From Callorhinchus milii (Eukaryota), in assembly GCF_018977255.1 (NCBI RefSeq), contig NW_024705488.1, positions 1 through 40,116 on the forward strand: 40,116 nt of DNA, given 5' to 3'. Each line of letters starts with the position of its first letter. The first letter of the stretch is position 1. Position numbers and translations under genes: made by a program. Of the stretch, positions 21,061-34,550 are shown piece after piece. The notes beneath the pieces were generated by a model that saw nothing but the letters and a program-made list of their open reading frames with translations, was not told where the DNA came from and made no database searches.

Positions 21061-21536
21061 AGCAGTCAGTGTGTGTGTTTGTGAGAGCAGTCAGTGTGTT
21101 TGTGTGTCAGAGAGCAGTCAGTATGTGTGTGTGTGAAAGACAGCGCAGTCAGCGTTCGTGTGTTAGTGAGAGCAGTCGGTGTGTGTGTGTGACAGAGAGA
21201 GAGCAGACAGTGTGTGTGTGTGTGTGAGAGCAGTCAGTGTGTGTGTGAGAGAGCAGTCAGTGTGTGTGTGAGAGAGAGCAGTCAGTGTGTGTGTGTGAGA
21301 GAGCAGTCAGTGTGTGTGTGTGAGAGAGTAGTCAGTGTGGGAGTGAGAGAGAGCAATCAGTGTGTGTGTGAGAGAGAGCAGTCAGTGTGTGTGTGAGAGA
21401 GAGCAGTCGGTGTATGTGTGAGAGAGAGAGAGCAGTCAGTGTGTGTGTGTGAGAGAGCAGTCAGTGTGTGTGTGAGAGAGCAGTCAGTGTGTGAGTGTGT
21501 TTGAGAGCAGTCAGTGTGTGTGTGAGAGACAGCACT

Positions 21537-21790
21537 GAGTCCTGTGGCTCAGTGGTTAGAGCACACGCTTTTCAAGTGAGAGACCTGAGTTGAATTTTTC
21601 ATTCTGAGGTCATTTTGATTTTGAAGCTGCGACTGTACAGTCGCAAGGATGTTGCTGTGTGCAATTGGCTGCGCTTTCGCCCGCAAATATACAGTCAATT
21701 CACTTTACAGTGTGTTCTGTGAAGCACTTTGGGACGTCCTCCCGACGTGAAAAGCGCTATATCAAATGCAAGGATGATTATTATTATTAT
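21537..21790 (+). mobile_element. SINE-like monomer 24 (HOR b)
   Basis: TTTGATTTTGAAG, GTCGCAAGGATG. Confidence 0.85.
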
Positions 21791-22330
21791 AGCAGTCAGT
21801 GTGTGTGTGTTTGTGAGAGCAGACAGTGTGTGTGTGTGTGAGATAGCAGTCAGTGAGTGTGTGAGAGAGAGAGAGCAGTCAGTTTGTGTGTGTGAGAGAG
21901 AGCAGTCGACGTGTGTGTGTGAGAGAGAGAGAGCAGTCAGTGTGTATGTGAGGGAGAGCAGTCAGTGTGTGTGTGTGTGAGAGAGAGCAGTCAGTGTGTG
22001 TGTGTGTGAGAGAGCAGTCAGTGTGTGTGTGTTTGTGAGAGAGTAGTCAGTGTGTGTGTGAGAGAGAGTAGTCAGTGTGTGTGAGATAGCAGTCAGTGTG
22101 TGTGTGAGAGAGAGCAGTCAGTGTGTGTGTGTGTGAGAGAGAGCAGTCAGTGTGTGTGTGTTTGTGTGAGAGCAGTCAGTGTGTGTGTCTGTGAGAGCAG
22201 TCAGTGTGTGTGAGAGAGCAGTCAGTCTGTGTGTGTGTGAGAGAGAGCAGTCAGTGTGTGTTTGTGTGAGAGAGCAGTCAGTGCGTGAGTGTATTGGAGA
22301 GCAGTCAGTGTGTGTGTGTGAGACAGCACT

Positions 22331-22585
22331 GAGTCCTGTGGCTCAGTCGGTAGAGCACACGCTTTTCAATTGAGAGACCTGATTTGAGTTTTTCATTTTG
22401 AGGTCATTTTCATTTTCAAGCTGCGACTGTACAGTCGCAGGGAGGTTGCTGTGTGCAATTTGCTGCCGCGTACGCCCGCAAATATACAGTCAATTCACTT
22501 TACAGTGTGTTCTGTGAAGCACTTTGGGACGTCCTCCCGACGTGAAAAGCGCTATATCAAATGCAATGCTTATTATTATTATTAT
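22331..22585 (+). mobile_element. SINE-like monomer 25 (HOR c)
   Basis: CAGTCGGTAG, TCAATTGAG, GATTTGAG. Confidence 0.85.
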
Positions 22586-23030
22586 AGCAGTCAGTGTGTG
22601 TGTTTGTGAGAACAGTCAGTGAGTGTGTGTGTGAGATAGCAGTCAGTGATGTGTGAGAGAGAGCAGTCGGTGTGTGTGTGTGAGAGAGCAGTCGGTGTGT
22701 GTGTGTGAGAGAGAGAGCAGTCAGTGTGTGTGTGTGAGAGCGCATTCAGTGTGTGTGTGAGAGAGAGAGCAGTCAGTGTGTGAGTGTATTGGAGAGCAGT
22801 CAGTGTGTGTGTTTGTAAGAGCAGTCAGTGTGTGTGTGAGAGAGAGAGAGATATCAGTCAGTGTGTGTGTGAGAGAGCAGTCAGTGTGTGAGAGAGATTA
22901 GTCAGTGTGATTGTGTGAGGAGCAGTCAGCGTGTGTGCGTGAGAGAGAGCAGTCAGTGTGTGTGTGAGAGAGAGCAGTCAGTGCGTGAGTGTATTGTAGA
23001 GCAGTCAGTGTGTGTGTGTGAGACAGCACT

Positions 23031-23288
23031 GAATCCTGTGGCTCAGTGGTTAGAGCACACGCTTTTCAAGTGAGAGACCTGAGTTGAATTTTTCATTTTG
23101 AGGTCATTTTCAATTTCATTTTCAAGCTGCGACTGTACAGTCGCAGGGACGTTGCTGTGTGTAATTGGCTGCCGCGTTCGCCCGCAAATATACAGTCAAT
23201 TCACTTTACAGTGTGTTCTGTGAAGCACTTTGGGACGTCCTCCCGACGTGAAAAGCACAATGTCAAATGCAACGATTATTATTATTAT
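23031..23288 (+). mobile_element. SINE-like monomer 26 (HOR d)
   Basis: GAATCC start, tail B. Confidence 0.85.
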
Positions 23289-23766
23289 AGCAGTCAGTGT
23301 GTGTGTTTGTGAGAGCAGTCAGTGTGTTTGTGTGTCAGAGAGCAGTCAGTATGTGTGTGTGTGAGAGACAGCGCAGTCAGCGTTCGTGTGTTAGTGAGAG
23401 CAGTCGGTGTGTGTGTGTGACAGAGAGAGAGCAGACAGTGTGTGTGTGTGTGAGAGAGCAGTCAGTGTGTGTGTGAGAGAGAGCAGTCAGTGTGTGTGTG
23501 AGAGAGAGCAGTCAGTGTGCGTGTGTGAGAGAGCAGTCAGTGTGTGTGTGAGAGAGCAGTCAGTGTGGGAGTGAGAGAGAGCAATCAGTGTGTGTGTGAG
23601 AGAGAGCAGTCAGTGTGTGTGTGAGAGAGAGCAGTCGGTGTATGTGTGAGAGAGAGAGAGAGCAGTCAGTGTGTGTGTGTGCGAGAGCAGTCAGTGTGTG
23701 TGTGAGAGAGCAGTCAGTGTGTGAGTGTGTTTGAGAGCAGTCAGTGTGTGTGTGAGAGACAGCACT

Positions 23767-24020
23767 GAGACCTGTGGCTCAGTGGTTAGAGCACACGCTT
23801 TTCAAGTGAGAGACCTGAGTTGAATTTTTCATTCTGAGGTCATTTTGATTTTGAAGCTGCGACTGTACAGTCGCAGGGATGTTGCTGTGTGCAATTGGCT
23901 GCGCGTTCGCCCGCAAATATACAGTCAATTCACTTTACAGTGTGTTCTGTGAAGCACTTTGGGACGTCCTCCCGACGTGAAAAGCGCTATATCAAATGCA
24001 AGGATGATTATTATTATTAT
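23767..24020 (+). mobile_element. SINE-like monomer 27 (HOR e)
   Basis: GAGACC start. Confidence 0.85.
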
Positions 24021-24594
24021 AGCAGTCAGTGTGTGTGTGTTTGTGAGAGCAGTCAGTGTGTGTGTGTGAGATAGCAGTCAGTGAGTGTGTGAGAGAGAGC
24101 AGTCGGTGTGTGTGTGTGAGAGAGAGAGAGAGCAGTCAGTGTGTGTGTGAGGGGGAGCAGTCAGTGTGTGTGTGAGAGAGAGCAGTCAGTGTGTGTTTGA
24201 GAGAGAGCAGTCGGTGTATGTGTGTGAGAGAGAGAGCAGTCAGTGTGTCTGTGAGAGAGAGCAGTCAGTGTGTGTGTGAGAGAGAGCAGTCAGTGTGTGT
24301 GTGAGATAGAGCAGTCAGTGTGTGTGAGAGAGAGAGCAGTCAGTGTGTGTGTGAGAGAGAGCAGTCAGTGTGTGTGTGAGAGAGAGCAGTCAGTGTGTGT
24401 GTGAGATTGAGCAGTCAGTGTGTGTGTGACAGAGAGCAGTCGGTGTATGTGTGTGAGAGAGAGAGATCAGTCAGTGTTTTTTATGTGAGAGAGCAGTCAG
24501 TGTGTGTTTGAAAGAGCAGTCAGTGTGTGTGTGTGAGAGCAGTCAGTGTGTGAGTGTATTGGAGAGCAGTCAGTTGTGTGTGAGAGACAACACT

Positions 24595-24849
24595 GAGTTC
24601 TGTGGCTCAGTGGTTAAAGCACACGCTTTTCAAGTGAGAGACCTGAGTTGAATTTTTCATTCTGAGGTCATTTTCATTTTCAAGCTGCGACTGTACAGTT
24701 GCAGGGGCGTTGCTGTGTGCAATTGGCTGCCGCGTATGCCCGCAAATATACAGTCAATTCACTTGACAGTGTGTTCTGTGAAGCAGTTTGGGACGTCCTC
24801 CCGACGTGAAAAGCGCTATATCAAATGCAAGGCTTATTATTATTATTAT
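24595..24849 (+). mobile_element. SINE-like monomer 28 (HOR f)
   Basis: GAGTTC start, GCGTATG. Confidence 0.85.
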
Positions 24850-25698
24850 AGCAGTCAGTGTGTGTGTTTGTGAGAGCAGTCAGTGAGTGCGTGTGTGAGA
24901 TAGCAGTCAGTGAGTGTGTGAGAGAGAGCAGTCGGTGTGTTTTTGTGAGAGAGAGAGCATTCAGTCTGTGTGTGTGAGAGAGAGCAGTCTGTGTGTGTGT
25001 GTGAGAGAGAGAGAGCAGTCAGTGTCTGTGTGAGGGAGAGCAGTCAGTGTGTGTGTGTGTGAGAGAGAGCAGTCAATATGTGTGTGTGTGAGAGAGCAGT
25101 CAGTGTGTGTTTGTTTGTGAGAGAGTAGTCAGTGTGTGGGTGAGAGAGAGCAGTCAGTTTGTGTGTGCGAGAGAGAGAGCAGTCAGTGTGTGTGTGAGAG
25201 AGATTAGTCAGCGTGTGTGTGTGTGAAAGAACAGTCAGTGTGTGTGTGTCTGAGAGAGAGCAGTCAGTGTGTGTGTGAGAGAGAGCAGTCAGTGTGTGTG
25301 TGAGAGAGAGCAGTCAGTGTGTGTGTGAGATAGAGCAGTCAGTGTGTGTGTGAGAGATAGCAGTCAGTGTGTGTGTGAGAGAGAGCAGTCGGTGTATGTG
25401 TGTGAGAGAGAGAGAGCAGTCAGTGTGTGTGTGTGTGAGATAGCAGTCAGTGAGTGTGTGAGAGAGAGCAGTCGGTGTGTTTGTGTGAGAGAGAGAGAGA
25501 GCAGTCAGTTTGTGTGTGTGAGAGCGCAGTCGGCGTGTGTGTGTGAGAGAGCAGACAGTGTGTGTGTGTGTGAGAGAGAGAGAGAGATATCAGTCAGTGT
25601 GTGTGTGTGAGAGAGCAGTCAGTGTGTGTGCGTGAGAGAGAGCAGTCAGTGCGTGAGTGTATTGTAGAGCAGTCAGTGTGTGTGTGTGAGACAGCACT

Positions 25699-25956
25699 GA
25701 GTCCTGTGGCTCATTGGTTAGAGCACACGCTTTTCAAGTGAGAGACCTGAGTTGAATTTTTCATTTTGAGGTCATTTTCAATTTCATTTTCAAGCTGCGA
25801 CTGTACAGTCGCAGGGACGTTGCTGTGTGTAATTGGCTGCCGCGTTCGCCCGCAAATATACAGTCAATTCACTTTACAGTGTGTTCTGTGAAGCACTTTG
25901 GGACGTCCTCCCGACGTGAAAAGCACAATGTCAAATGCAACGATTATTATTATTAT
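25699..25956 (+). mobile_element. SINE-like monomer 29 (HOR g)
   Basis: CTCATTGG, tail B. Confidence 0.85.
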
Positions 25957-26521
25957 AGCAGTCAGTGTGTGTGTTTGTGAGAGCAGTCAGTGTGTTTGTG
26001 TGTCAGAGAGCAGTCAGTATGTGTGTGTGTGAGAGACAGAGCAGTTAGCGTTCGTGTGTGAATGAGAGCAGTCGGTGTGTGTGTGTGACAGAGAGAGAGC
26101 AGACAGTGTGTGTGTGTGAGAGAGAGCAGTCAGTGTGTGTGTGAGAGAGATCAGTCAGTGTGTGTGTGAGAGAGAGCAGTCAGTGTGTGTGTGAGAGAGA
26201 GCAGTCGGTGTATGTGTGTGTGAGAGAGAGAGCAGTCAGTGTGTGTGTGAGAGAGCATTCAGTGTGTGTGTGAGAGAGAGAGCAGTCAGTGTGTGAGTGT
26301 ATTGGAGAGCAGTCAGTGTGTGTGTTTGTAAGAGCAGTCAGTGTGTGTGTGAGAGAGAGAGAGATATCAGTCAGTGTTTGTGTGTGAGAGAGCAGTCAGT
26401 GTGTGAGAGAGATTAGTCAGTGTGATTGTGTGAGAGAGCAGTCAGCGTGTGTGCGTGAGAGAGAGCAGTCAGTGCGTGAGTGTATTGTAGAGCAGTCAGT
26501 GTGTGTGTGTGAGACAGCACT

Positions 26522-26779
26522 GAGTCCTGTGGCTCAGTGGTTAGAGCACACGCTTTTCAAGTGAGAGACCTGAGTTGAATTTTTCATTTTGAGGTCATTT
26601 TCAATTTCATTTTCAAGCTGCGACTGTACAGTCGCAGGGACGTTGCTGTGTGTAATTGGCAGCCGCGTTCGCCCGCAAATATACAGTCAATTCACTTTAC
26701 AGTGTGTTCTGTGAAGCACTTTGGGACGTCCTCCCGACGTGAAAAGCACAATGACAAATGCAACGATTATTATTATTAT
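26522..26779 (+). mobile_element. SINE-like monomer 30 (HOR a)
   Basis: As monomer 23. Confidence 0.85.
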
Positions 26780-27257
26780 AGCAGTCAGTGTGTGTGTTTG
26801 TGAGAGCAGTCAGTGTGTTTGTGTGTCAGAGAGCAGTCAGTATGTGTGTGTGTGAAAGACAGCGCAGTCAGCGTTCGTGTGTTAGTGAGAGCAGTCGGTG
26901 TGTGTGTGTGACAGAGAGAGAGCAGACAGTGTGTGTGTGTGTGTGAGAGCAGTCAGTGTGTGTGTGAGAGAGAGCAGTCAGTGTGTGTGTGAGAGAGAGC
27001 AGTCAGTGTGTGTGTGTGAGAGAGCAGTCAGTGTGTGTGTGTGAGAGAGTAGTCAGTGTGGGAGTGAGAGAGAGCAATCAGTGTGTGTGTGAGAGAGAGC
27101 AGTCAGTGTGTGTGTGAGAGAGAGCAGTCGGTGTATGTGTGAGAGAGAGAGAGCAGTCAGTGTGTGTGTGTGAGAGAGCAGTCAGTGTGTGTGTGAGAGA
27201 GCAGTCAGTGTGTGAGTGTGTTTGAGAGCAGTCAGTGTGTGTGTGAGAGACAGCACT

Positions 27258-27511
27258 GAGTCCTGTGGCTCAGTGGTTAGAGCACACGCTTTTCAAGTGA
27301 GAGACCTGAGTTGAATTTTTCATTCTGAGGTCATTTTGATTTTGAAGCTGCGACTGTACAGTCGCAAGGATGTTGCTGTGTGCAATTGGCTGCGCTTTCG
27401 CCCGCAAATATACAGTCAATTCACTTTACAGTGTGTTCTGTGAAGCACTTTGGGACGTCCTCCCGACGTGAAAAGCGCTATATCAAATGCAAGGATGATT
27501 ATTATTATTAT
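27258..27511 (+). mobile_element. SINE-like monomer 31 (HOR b)
   Basis: As monomer 24. Confidence 0.85.
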
Positions 27512-28117
27512 AGCAGTCAGTGTGTGTGTTTGTGAGAGCAGTCAGTGTGTGTGTGTGTGAGATAGCAGTCAGTGAGTGTGTGAGAGAGAGCAGTCGGTGT
27601 GTATGTGTGAGAGAGAGAGCAGTCAGTCTGTGTGTGTGAGAGAGAGCAGTCGGTGGTGTGTGTGAGAGAGAGAGAGCAGTCAGTGTGTATGTGAGGGAGA
27701 GCAGTCAGTGTGTGTGTGTGTGAGAGAGAGCAGTCAGTGTGTGTGTGTGTGAGAGAGCAGTCAGTGTGTGTGTGTGTGTGAGAGAGTAGTCAGTGTGTGT
27801 GTGTGAGAGAGAGCAGTCAGTGTGTGTGAGATAGCAGTCAGTGTGTGTGTGAGAGAGAGCAGTCAGTGTGTGTGTGTGTGAGAGAGAGCAGTCAGTGTGT
27901 GTGTGTTTGTGTGAGAGCAGTCAGTGTGTGTGTCTGTGAGAGCAGTCAGTGTGTGTGAGAGAGCAGTCAGTCTGTGTGTGTGAGAGAGCAGTCAGTGTGT
28001 GAGAGAGATTAGTCAGTGTGATTGTGAGAGAGAGCAGTCAGTGTGTGTTTGTGTGAGAGAGCAGTCAGTGCGTGAGTGTATTGGAGAGCAGTCAGTGTGT
28101 GTGTGTGAGACAGCACT

Positions 28118-28372
28118 GAGTCCTGTGGCTCAGTCGGTAGAGCACACGCTTTTCAATTGAGAGACCTGATTTGAGTTTTTCATTTTGAGGTCATTTTCAT
28201 TTTCAAGCTGCGACTGTACAGTCGCAGGGAGGTTGCTGTGTGCAATTTGCTGCCGCGTACGCCCGCAAATATACAGTCAATTCACTTTACAGTGTGTTCT
28301 GTGAAGCACTTTGGGACGTCCTCCCGACGTGAAAAGCGCTATATCAAATGCAATGCTTATTATTATTATTAT
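28118..28372 (+). mobile_element. SINE-like monomer 32 (HOR c)
   Basis: As monomer 25. Confidence 0.85.
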
Positions 28373-28821
28373 AGCAGTCAGTGTGTGTGTTTGTGAGAAC
28401 AGTCAGTGAGTGTGTGTGTGAGATAGCAGTCAGTGAGTGTGTGAGAGAGAGCAGTCGGTGTGTGTGTGTGAGAGAGCAGTCGGTGTGTGTGTGTGAGAGA
28501 GAGAGCAGTCAGTGTGTGTGTGTGAGAGCGCATTCAGTGTGTGTGTGAGAGAGAGAGCAGTCAGTGTGTGAGTGTATTGGAGAGCAGTCAGTGTGTGTGT
28601 TTGTAAGAGCAGTCAGTGTGTGTGTGAGAGAGAGAGAGATATCAGTCAGTGTTTGTGTGTGAGAGAGCAGTCAGTGTGTGAGAGAGATTAGTCAGTGTGA
28701 TTGTGTGAGGGAGCAGTCAGCGTGTGTGCGTGAGAGAGAGCAGTCAGTGTGTGTGTGAGAGAGAGCAGTCAGTGCGTGAGTGTATTGTAGAGCAGTCAGT
28801 GTGTGTGTGTGAGACAGCACT

Positions 28822-29079
28822 GAATCCTGTGGCTCAGTGGTTAGAGCACACGCTTTTCAAGTGAGAGACCTGAGTTGAATTTTTCATTTTGAGGTCATTT
28901 TCAATTTCATTTTCAAGCTGCGACTGTACAGTCGCAGGGACGTTGCTGTGTGTAATTGGCTGCCGCGTTCGCCCGCAAATATACAGTCAATTCACTTTAC
29001 AGTGTGTTCTGTGAAGCACTTTGGGACGTCCTCCCGACGTGAAAAGCACAATGTCAAATGCAACGATTATTATTATTAT
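28822..29079 (+). mobile_element. SINE-like monomer 33 (HOR d)
   Basis: As monomer 26. Confidence 0.85.
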
Positions 29080-29576
29080 AGCAGTCAGTGTGTGTGTTTG
29101 TGAGAGCAGTCAGTGTGTTTGTGTGTCAGAGAGCAGTCAGTATGTGTGTGTGTGAGAGACAGCGCAGTCAGCGTTCGTGTGTTAGTGAGAGCAGTCGGTG
29201 TGTGTGTGTGACAGAGAGAGAGCAGACAGTGTGTGTGTGTGTGAGAGAGCAGTCAGTGTGTGTGTGAGAGAGAGCAGTCAGTGTGTGTGTGTGAGAGAGC
29301 AGTCAGTGTGAGTGTGTGAGAGAGCAGTCAGTGTGTGTGTGAGAGAGCAGTCAGTGTGGGTGTGAGAGAGCAGTCAGTGTGTGTGTGTGTGAGAGAAGTC
29401 AGTGTGTGTGTGTGAGAGAGCAGTCGGTGTATGTGTGAGAGAGAGAGAGAGCAGTCAGTGTGTGTGTGTGCGAGAGCAGTCAGTGTGTGTGTGAGAGAGC
29501 AGTCAGTGTGTGAGTGTGAGAGCATCAGTGTGTGAGTGGTTGGAGAGCAGTCAGTGTGTGTGTGAGAGACAGCACT

Positions 29577-29830
29577 GAGACCTGTGGCTCAGTGGTTAGA
29601 GCACACGCTTTTCAAGTGAGAGACCTGAGTTGAATTTTTCATTCTGAGGTCATTTTGATTTTGAAGCTGCGACTGTACAGTCGCAGGGATGTTGCTGTGT
29701 GCAATTGGCTGCGCGTTCGCCCGCAAATATACAGTCAATTCACTTTACAGTGTGTTCTGTGAAGCACTTTGGGACGTCCTCCCGACGTGAAAAGCGCTAT
29801 ATCAAATGCAAGGATGATTATTATTATTAT
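29577..29830 (+). mobile_element. SINE-like monomer 34 (HOR e)
   Basis: As monomer 27. Confidence 0.85.
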
Positions 29831-30402
29831 AGCAGTCAGTGGTGTGTGTGTTTGTGAGAGCAGTCAGTGTGTGTGTGTGAGATAGCAGTCAGTGAGTGTG
29901 TGAGAGAGAGCAGTCGGTGTGTGTGTGTGAGAGAGAGAGAGAGCAGTCAGTGTGTGTGTGAGGGGGAGCAGTCAGTGTGTGTGTGAGAGAGAGCAGTCAG
30001 TGTGTGTTTGAGAGAGAGCAGTCGGTGTATGTGTGTGAGAGAGAGAGCAGTCAGTGTGTCTGTGAGAGAGAGCAGTCAGTGTGTGTGTGAGAGAGAGCAG
30101 TCAGTGTGTGTGTGAGATAGAGCAGTCAGTGTGTGTGAGAGAGAGAGCAGTCAGTGTGTGTGTGAGAGAGAGCAGTCAGTGTGTGTGTGAGAGAGAGCAG
30201 TCAGTGTGTGTGTGAGATTGAGCAGTCAGTGTGTGTGTGACAGAGAGCAGTCGGTGTATGTGTGTGAGAGAGAGATCAGTCAGTGTTTTTATGTGAGAGA
30301 GCAGTCAGTGTGTGTTTGAAAGAGCAGTCAGTGTGTGTGTGTGAGAGCAGTCAGTGTGTGAGTGTATTGGAGAGCAGTCAGTTGTGTGTGAGAGACAACA
30401 CT

Positions 30403-30655
30403 GAGTTCTGTGGCTCAGTGGTTAAAGCACACGCTTTTCAAGTGAGAGACCTGAGTTGAATTTTCATTCTGAGGTCATTTTCATTTTCAAGCTGCGACTG
30501 TACAGTTGCAGGGGCGTTGCTGTGTGCAATTGGCTGCCGCGTATGTCCGCAAATATACAGTCAATTCACTTGACAGTGTGTTCTGTGAAGCAGTTTGGAC
30601 GTCCTCCCGACGTGAAAAGCGCTATATCAAATGCAAGGCTTATTATTATTATTAT
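30403..30655 (+). mobile_element. SINE-like monomer 35 (HOR f)
   Basis: As monomer 28. Confidence 0.85.
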
Positions 30656-31488
30656 AGCAGTCAGTGTGTGTGTTTGTGAGAGCAGTCAGTGAGTGCGTGT
30701 GTGTGAGATAGCAGTCAGTGAGTGTGTGAGAGAGAGCAGTCGGTGTGTGTTTGTGAGAGAGAGAGCATTCAGTATGTGTGTGTGAGAGAGAGCAGTCTGT
30801 GTGTGTGTGTGAGAGAGAGAGAGCAGTCAGTGTCTGTGTGAGGGAGAGCAGTCAGTGTGTGTGTGTGTGAGAGAGAGCAGTCAATATGTGTGTGTGTGTG
30901 GAGAGCAGTCAGTGTGTGTGTGAGAGAGCAGTCAGTGTGTGTGTGAGAGAGAGCAGTCAGTTTGTGTGTGCGAGAGAGAGCAGTCAATGTGTGTGTGAGA
31001 GAGATTAGTCAGTGTGTGTGTGTGTGAAAGAACAGTCAGTGTGTGTGTGTGTCTGAGAGAGAGCAGTCAGTGTGTGTGTGAGAGAGAGCAGTCAGTGTGT
31101 GTGTGAGAGAGAGCAGTCAGTGTGTGTGTGAGTGTGTGTGTGAGAGATAGCAGTCAGTGTGTGTGTGAGAGAGAGCAGTCGGTGTATGTGTGTGAGAGAG
31201 AGAGAGCAGTCAGTGTGTGTGTGTGTGAGATAGCAGTCAGTGAGTGTGTGAGAGAGAGCAGTCGGTGTGTTTGTGTGAGAGAGAGAGAGAGCAGTCAGTT
31301 TGTGTGTGTGATAGCGCAGTCGGCGTGTGTGTTTGTAAGAGCAGTCAGTGTGTGTGTGAGAGAGAGAGAGAGAGAGATATCAGTCAGTGTGTGTGTGTGA
31401 GAGAGCAGTCAGTGTGTGTGCGTGAGAGAGAGCAGTCAGTGCGTGAGTGTATTGTAGAGCAGTCAGTGTGTGTGTGTGAGACAGCACT

Positions 31489-31746
31489 GAGTCCTGTGGC
31501 TCATTGGTTAGAGCACACGCTTTTCAAGTGAGAGACCTGAGTTGAATTTTTCATTTTGAGGTCATTTTCAATTTCATTTTCAAGCTGCGACTGTACAGTC
31601 GCAGGGACGTTGCTGTGTGTAATTGGCTGCGCGCGTTCGCCCGCAAATATACAGTCAATTCACTTTACAGTGTGTTCTGTGAAGCACTTTGGACGTCCTC
31701 CCGACGTGAAAAGCACAATGTCAAATGCAACGATTATTATTATTAT
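31489..31746 (+). mobile_element. SINE-like monomer 36 (HOR g)
   Basis: As monomer 29. Confidence 0.85.
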
Positions 31747-32313
31747 AGCAGTCAGTGTGTGTGTTTGTGAGAGCAGTCAGTGTGTTTGTGTGTCAGAGAG
31801 CAGTCAGTATGTGTGTGTGTGAGAGACAGAGCAGTTAGCGTTCGTGTGTGAATGAGAGCAGTCGGTGTGTGTGTGTGACAGAGAGAGAGCAGACAGTGTG
31901 TGTGTGTGAGAGAGAGCAGTCAGTGTGTGTGTGAGAGAGAGCAGTCAGTGTGTGTGTGAGAGAGAGCAGTCAGTGTGTGTGTGAGAGAGAGCAGTCGGTG
32001 TATGTGTGTGTGAGAGAGAGAGCAGTCAGTGTGTGTGTGAGAGAGATTAGTCAGTGTGTGTGTGAGAGAGAGAGCAGTCAGTGTGTGAGTGTATTGGAGA
32101 GCAGTCAGTGTGTGTGTTTGTAAGAGCAGTCAGTGTGTGTGTGAGAGAGAGAGAGATATCAGTCAGTGTTTGTGTGTGAGAGAGCAGTCAGTGTGTGAGA
32201 GAGATTAGTCAGTGTGATTGTGTGAGAGAGCAGTCAGTGTGTGTGCGTGAGAGAGAGCAGTCAGTGCGTGAGTGTATTGTAGAGCAGTCAGTGTGTGTGT
32301 GTGAGACAGCACT

Positions 32314-32571
32314 GAGTCCTGTGGCTCAGTGGTTAGAGCACACGCTTTTCAAGTGAGAGACCTGAGTTGAATTTTTCATTTTGAGGTCATTTTCAATTTC
32401 ATTTTCAAGCTGCGACTGTACAGTCGCAGGGACGTTGCTGTGTGTAATTGGCAGCCGCGTTCGCCCGCAAATATACAGTCAATTCACTTTACAGTGTGTT
32501 CTGTGAAGCACTTTGGGACGTCCTCCCGACGTGAAAAGCACAATGACAAATGCAACGATTATTATTATTAT
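32314..32571 (+). mobile_element. SINE-like monomer 37 (HOR a)
   Basis: As monomer 23. Confidence 0.85.
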
Positions 32572-33041
32572 AGCAGTCAGTGTGTGTGTTTGTGAGAGCA
32601 GTCAGTGTGTTTGTGTGTCAGAGAGCAGTCAGTATGTGTGTGTGTGAGAGAGCAGTCGGTGTGTGTGTGTGACAGAGAGAGAGCAGACAGTGTGTGTGTG
32701 TGTGAGAGCAGTCAGTGTGTGTGTGAGAGAGAGCAGTCAGTGTGTGTGTGAGAGAGAGCAGTCAGTGTGTGTGTGTGAGAGAGCAGTCAGTGTGTGTGTG
32801 TGAGAGAGTAGTCAGTGTGGGAGTGAGAGAGAGCAATCAGTGTGTGTGTGAGAGAGAGCAGTCAGTGTGTGTGAGAGAGAGCAGTCAGTGTATGTGTGTG
32901 AGAGAGAGAGAGCAGGCTGTGTTTCTGTGTGAGAGAGCAGACAGTGTGTGTGTGTGAGAGAGCAGTCAGTGTGTGTGTGAGAGAGCAGTCAGTGTGTGAG
33001 TGTGTTTGAGAGCAGTCAGTGTGTGTGTGAGAGACAGCACT

Positions 33042-33295
33042 GAGTCCTGTGGCTCAGTGGTTAGAGCACACGCTTTTCAAGTGAGAGACCTGAGTTGAAT
33101 TTTTCATTCTGAGGTCATTTTGATTTTGAAGCTGCGACTGTACAGTCGCAAGGATGTTGCTGTGTGCAATTGGCTGCGCGTTCGCCCGCAAATATACAGT
33201 CAATTCACTTTACAGTGTGTTCTGTGAAGCACTTTGGGACGTCCTCCCGACGTGAAAAGCGCTATATCAAATGCAAGGATGATTATTATTATTAT
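33042..33295 (+). mobile_element. SINE-like monomer 38 (HOR b)
   Basis: As monomer 24 (GCGCGTTCG instead of GCGCTTTCG). Confidence 0.85.
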
Positions 33296-33849
33296 AGCAG
33301 TCAGTGTGTGTGTTTGTGAGAGCAGTCAGTGTGTGTGTGTGTGAGATAGCAGTCAGTGAGTGTGTGAGAGAGAGCAGTCGGTGTGTATGTGTGAGAGAGA
33401 GAGCAGTCAGTCTGTGTGTGTGAGAGAGAGCAGTCGGTGGTGTGTGTGAGAGAGAGAGAGCAGTCAGTGTGTATGTGAGGGAGAGCAGTCAGTGTGTGTG
33501 TGTGTGAGAGAGAGCAGTCAGTGTGTGTGTGTGTGAGAGAGCAGTCAGTGTGTGTGTGTTTGTGAGAGAGTAGTCAGTGTGTGTGTGAGAGAGATTAGTC
33601 AGTGTGTGTGAGAGAGCAGTCAGTGTGTGTGAGAGAGCAGTCAGTGTGTGTGTGTGTGAGAGAGCAGTCAGTGTGTGTGTTTGTGTGAGAGCAGTCAGTG
33701 TGTGTGTCTGTGAGAGCAGTCAGTGTGTGTGAGAGAGCAGTCAGTCTGTGTGTGTGTGAGAGAGAGCAGTCAGTGTGTGTTTGTGTGAGAGAGCAGTCAG
33801 TGCGTGAGTGTATTGGAGAGCAGTCAGTGTGTGTGTGTGAGACAGCACT

Positions 33850-34104
33850 GAGTCCTGTGGCTCAGTGGTTAGAGCACACGCTTTTCAATTGAGAGACCTG
33901 ATTTGAGTTTTTCATTTTGAGGTCATTTTCATTTTCAAGCTGCGACTGTACAGTCGCAGGGAAGTTGCTGTGTGCAATTTGCTGCCGCGTACGCCCGCAA
34001 ATATACAGTCAATTCACTTTACAGTGTGTTCTGTGAAGCACTTTGGGACGTCCTCCCGACGTGAAAAGCGCTATATCAAATGCAATGCTTATTATTATTA
34101 TTAT
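33850..34104 (+). mobile_element. SINE-like monomer 39 (HOR c)
   Basis: TCAATTGAG, GATTTGAG. Confidence 0.85.
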
Positions 34105-34550
34105 AGCAGTCAGTGTGTGTGTTTGTGAGAACAGTCAGTGAGTGTGTGTGTGAGATAGCAGTCAGTGAGTGTGTGAGAGAGAGCAGTCGGTGTGTGTGTG
34201 TGAGAGAGCAGTCGGTGTGTGTGTGTGAGAGAGAGAGCAGTCAGTGTGTGTGTGTGAGAGCGCATTCAGTGTGTGTGTGAGAGAGAGAGCAGTCAGTGTG
34301 TGAGTGTATTGGAGAGCAGTCAGTGTGTGTGTTTGTAAGAGCAGTCAGTGTGTGTGTGAGAGAGAGAGAGATATCAGTCAGTGTTTGTGTGTGAGAGAGC
34401 AGTCAGTGTGTGAGAGAGATTAGTCAGTGTGATTGTGTGAGGGAGCAGTCAGCGTGTGTGCGTGAGAGAGAGCAGTCAGTGTGTGTGTGAGAGAGAGTCA
34501 GTGCGTGAGTGTATTGTAGAGCAGTCAGTGTGTGTGTGTGAGACAGCACT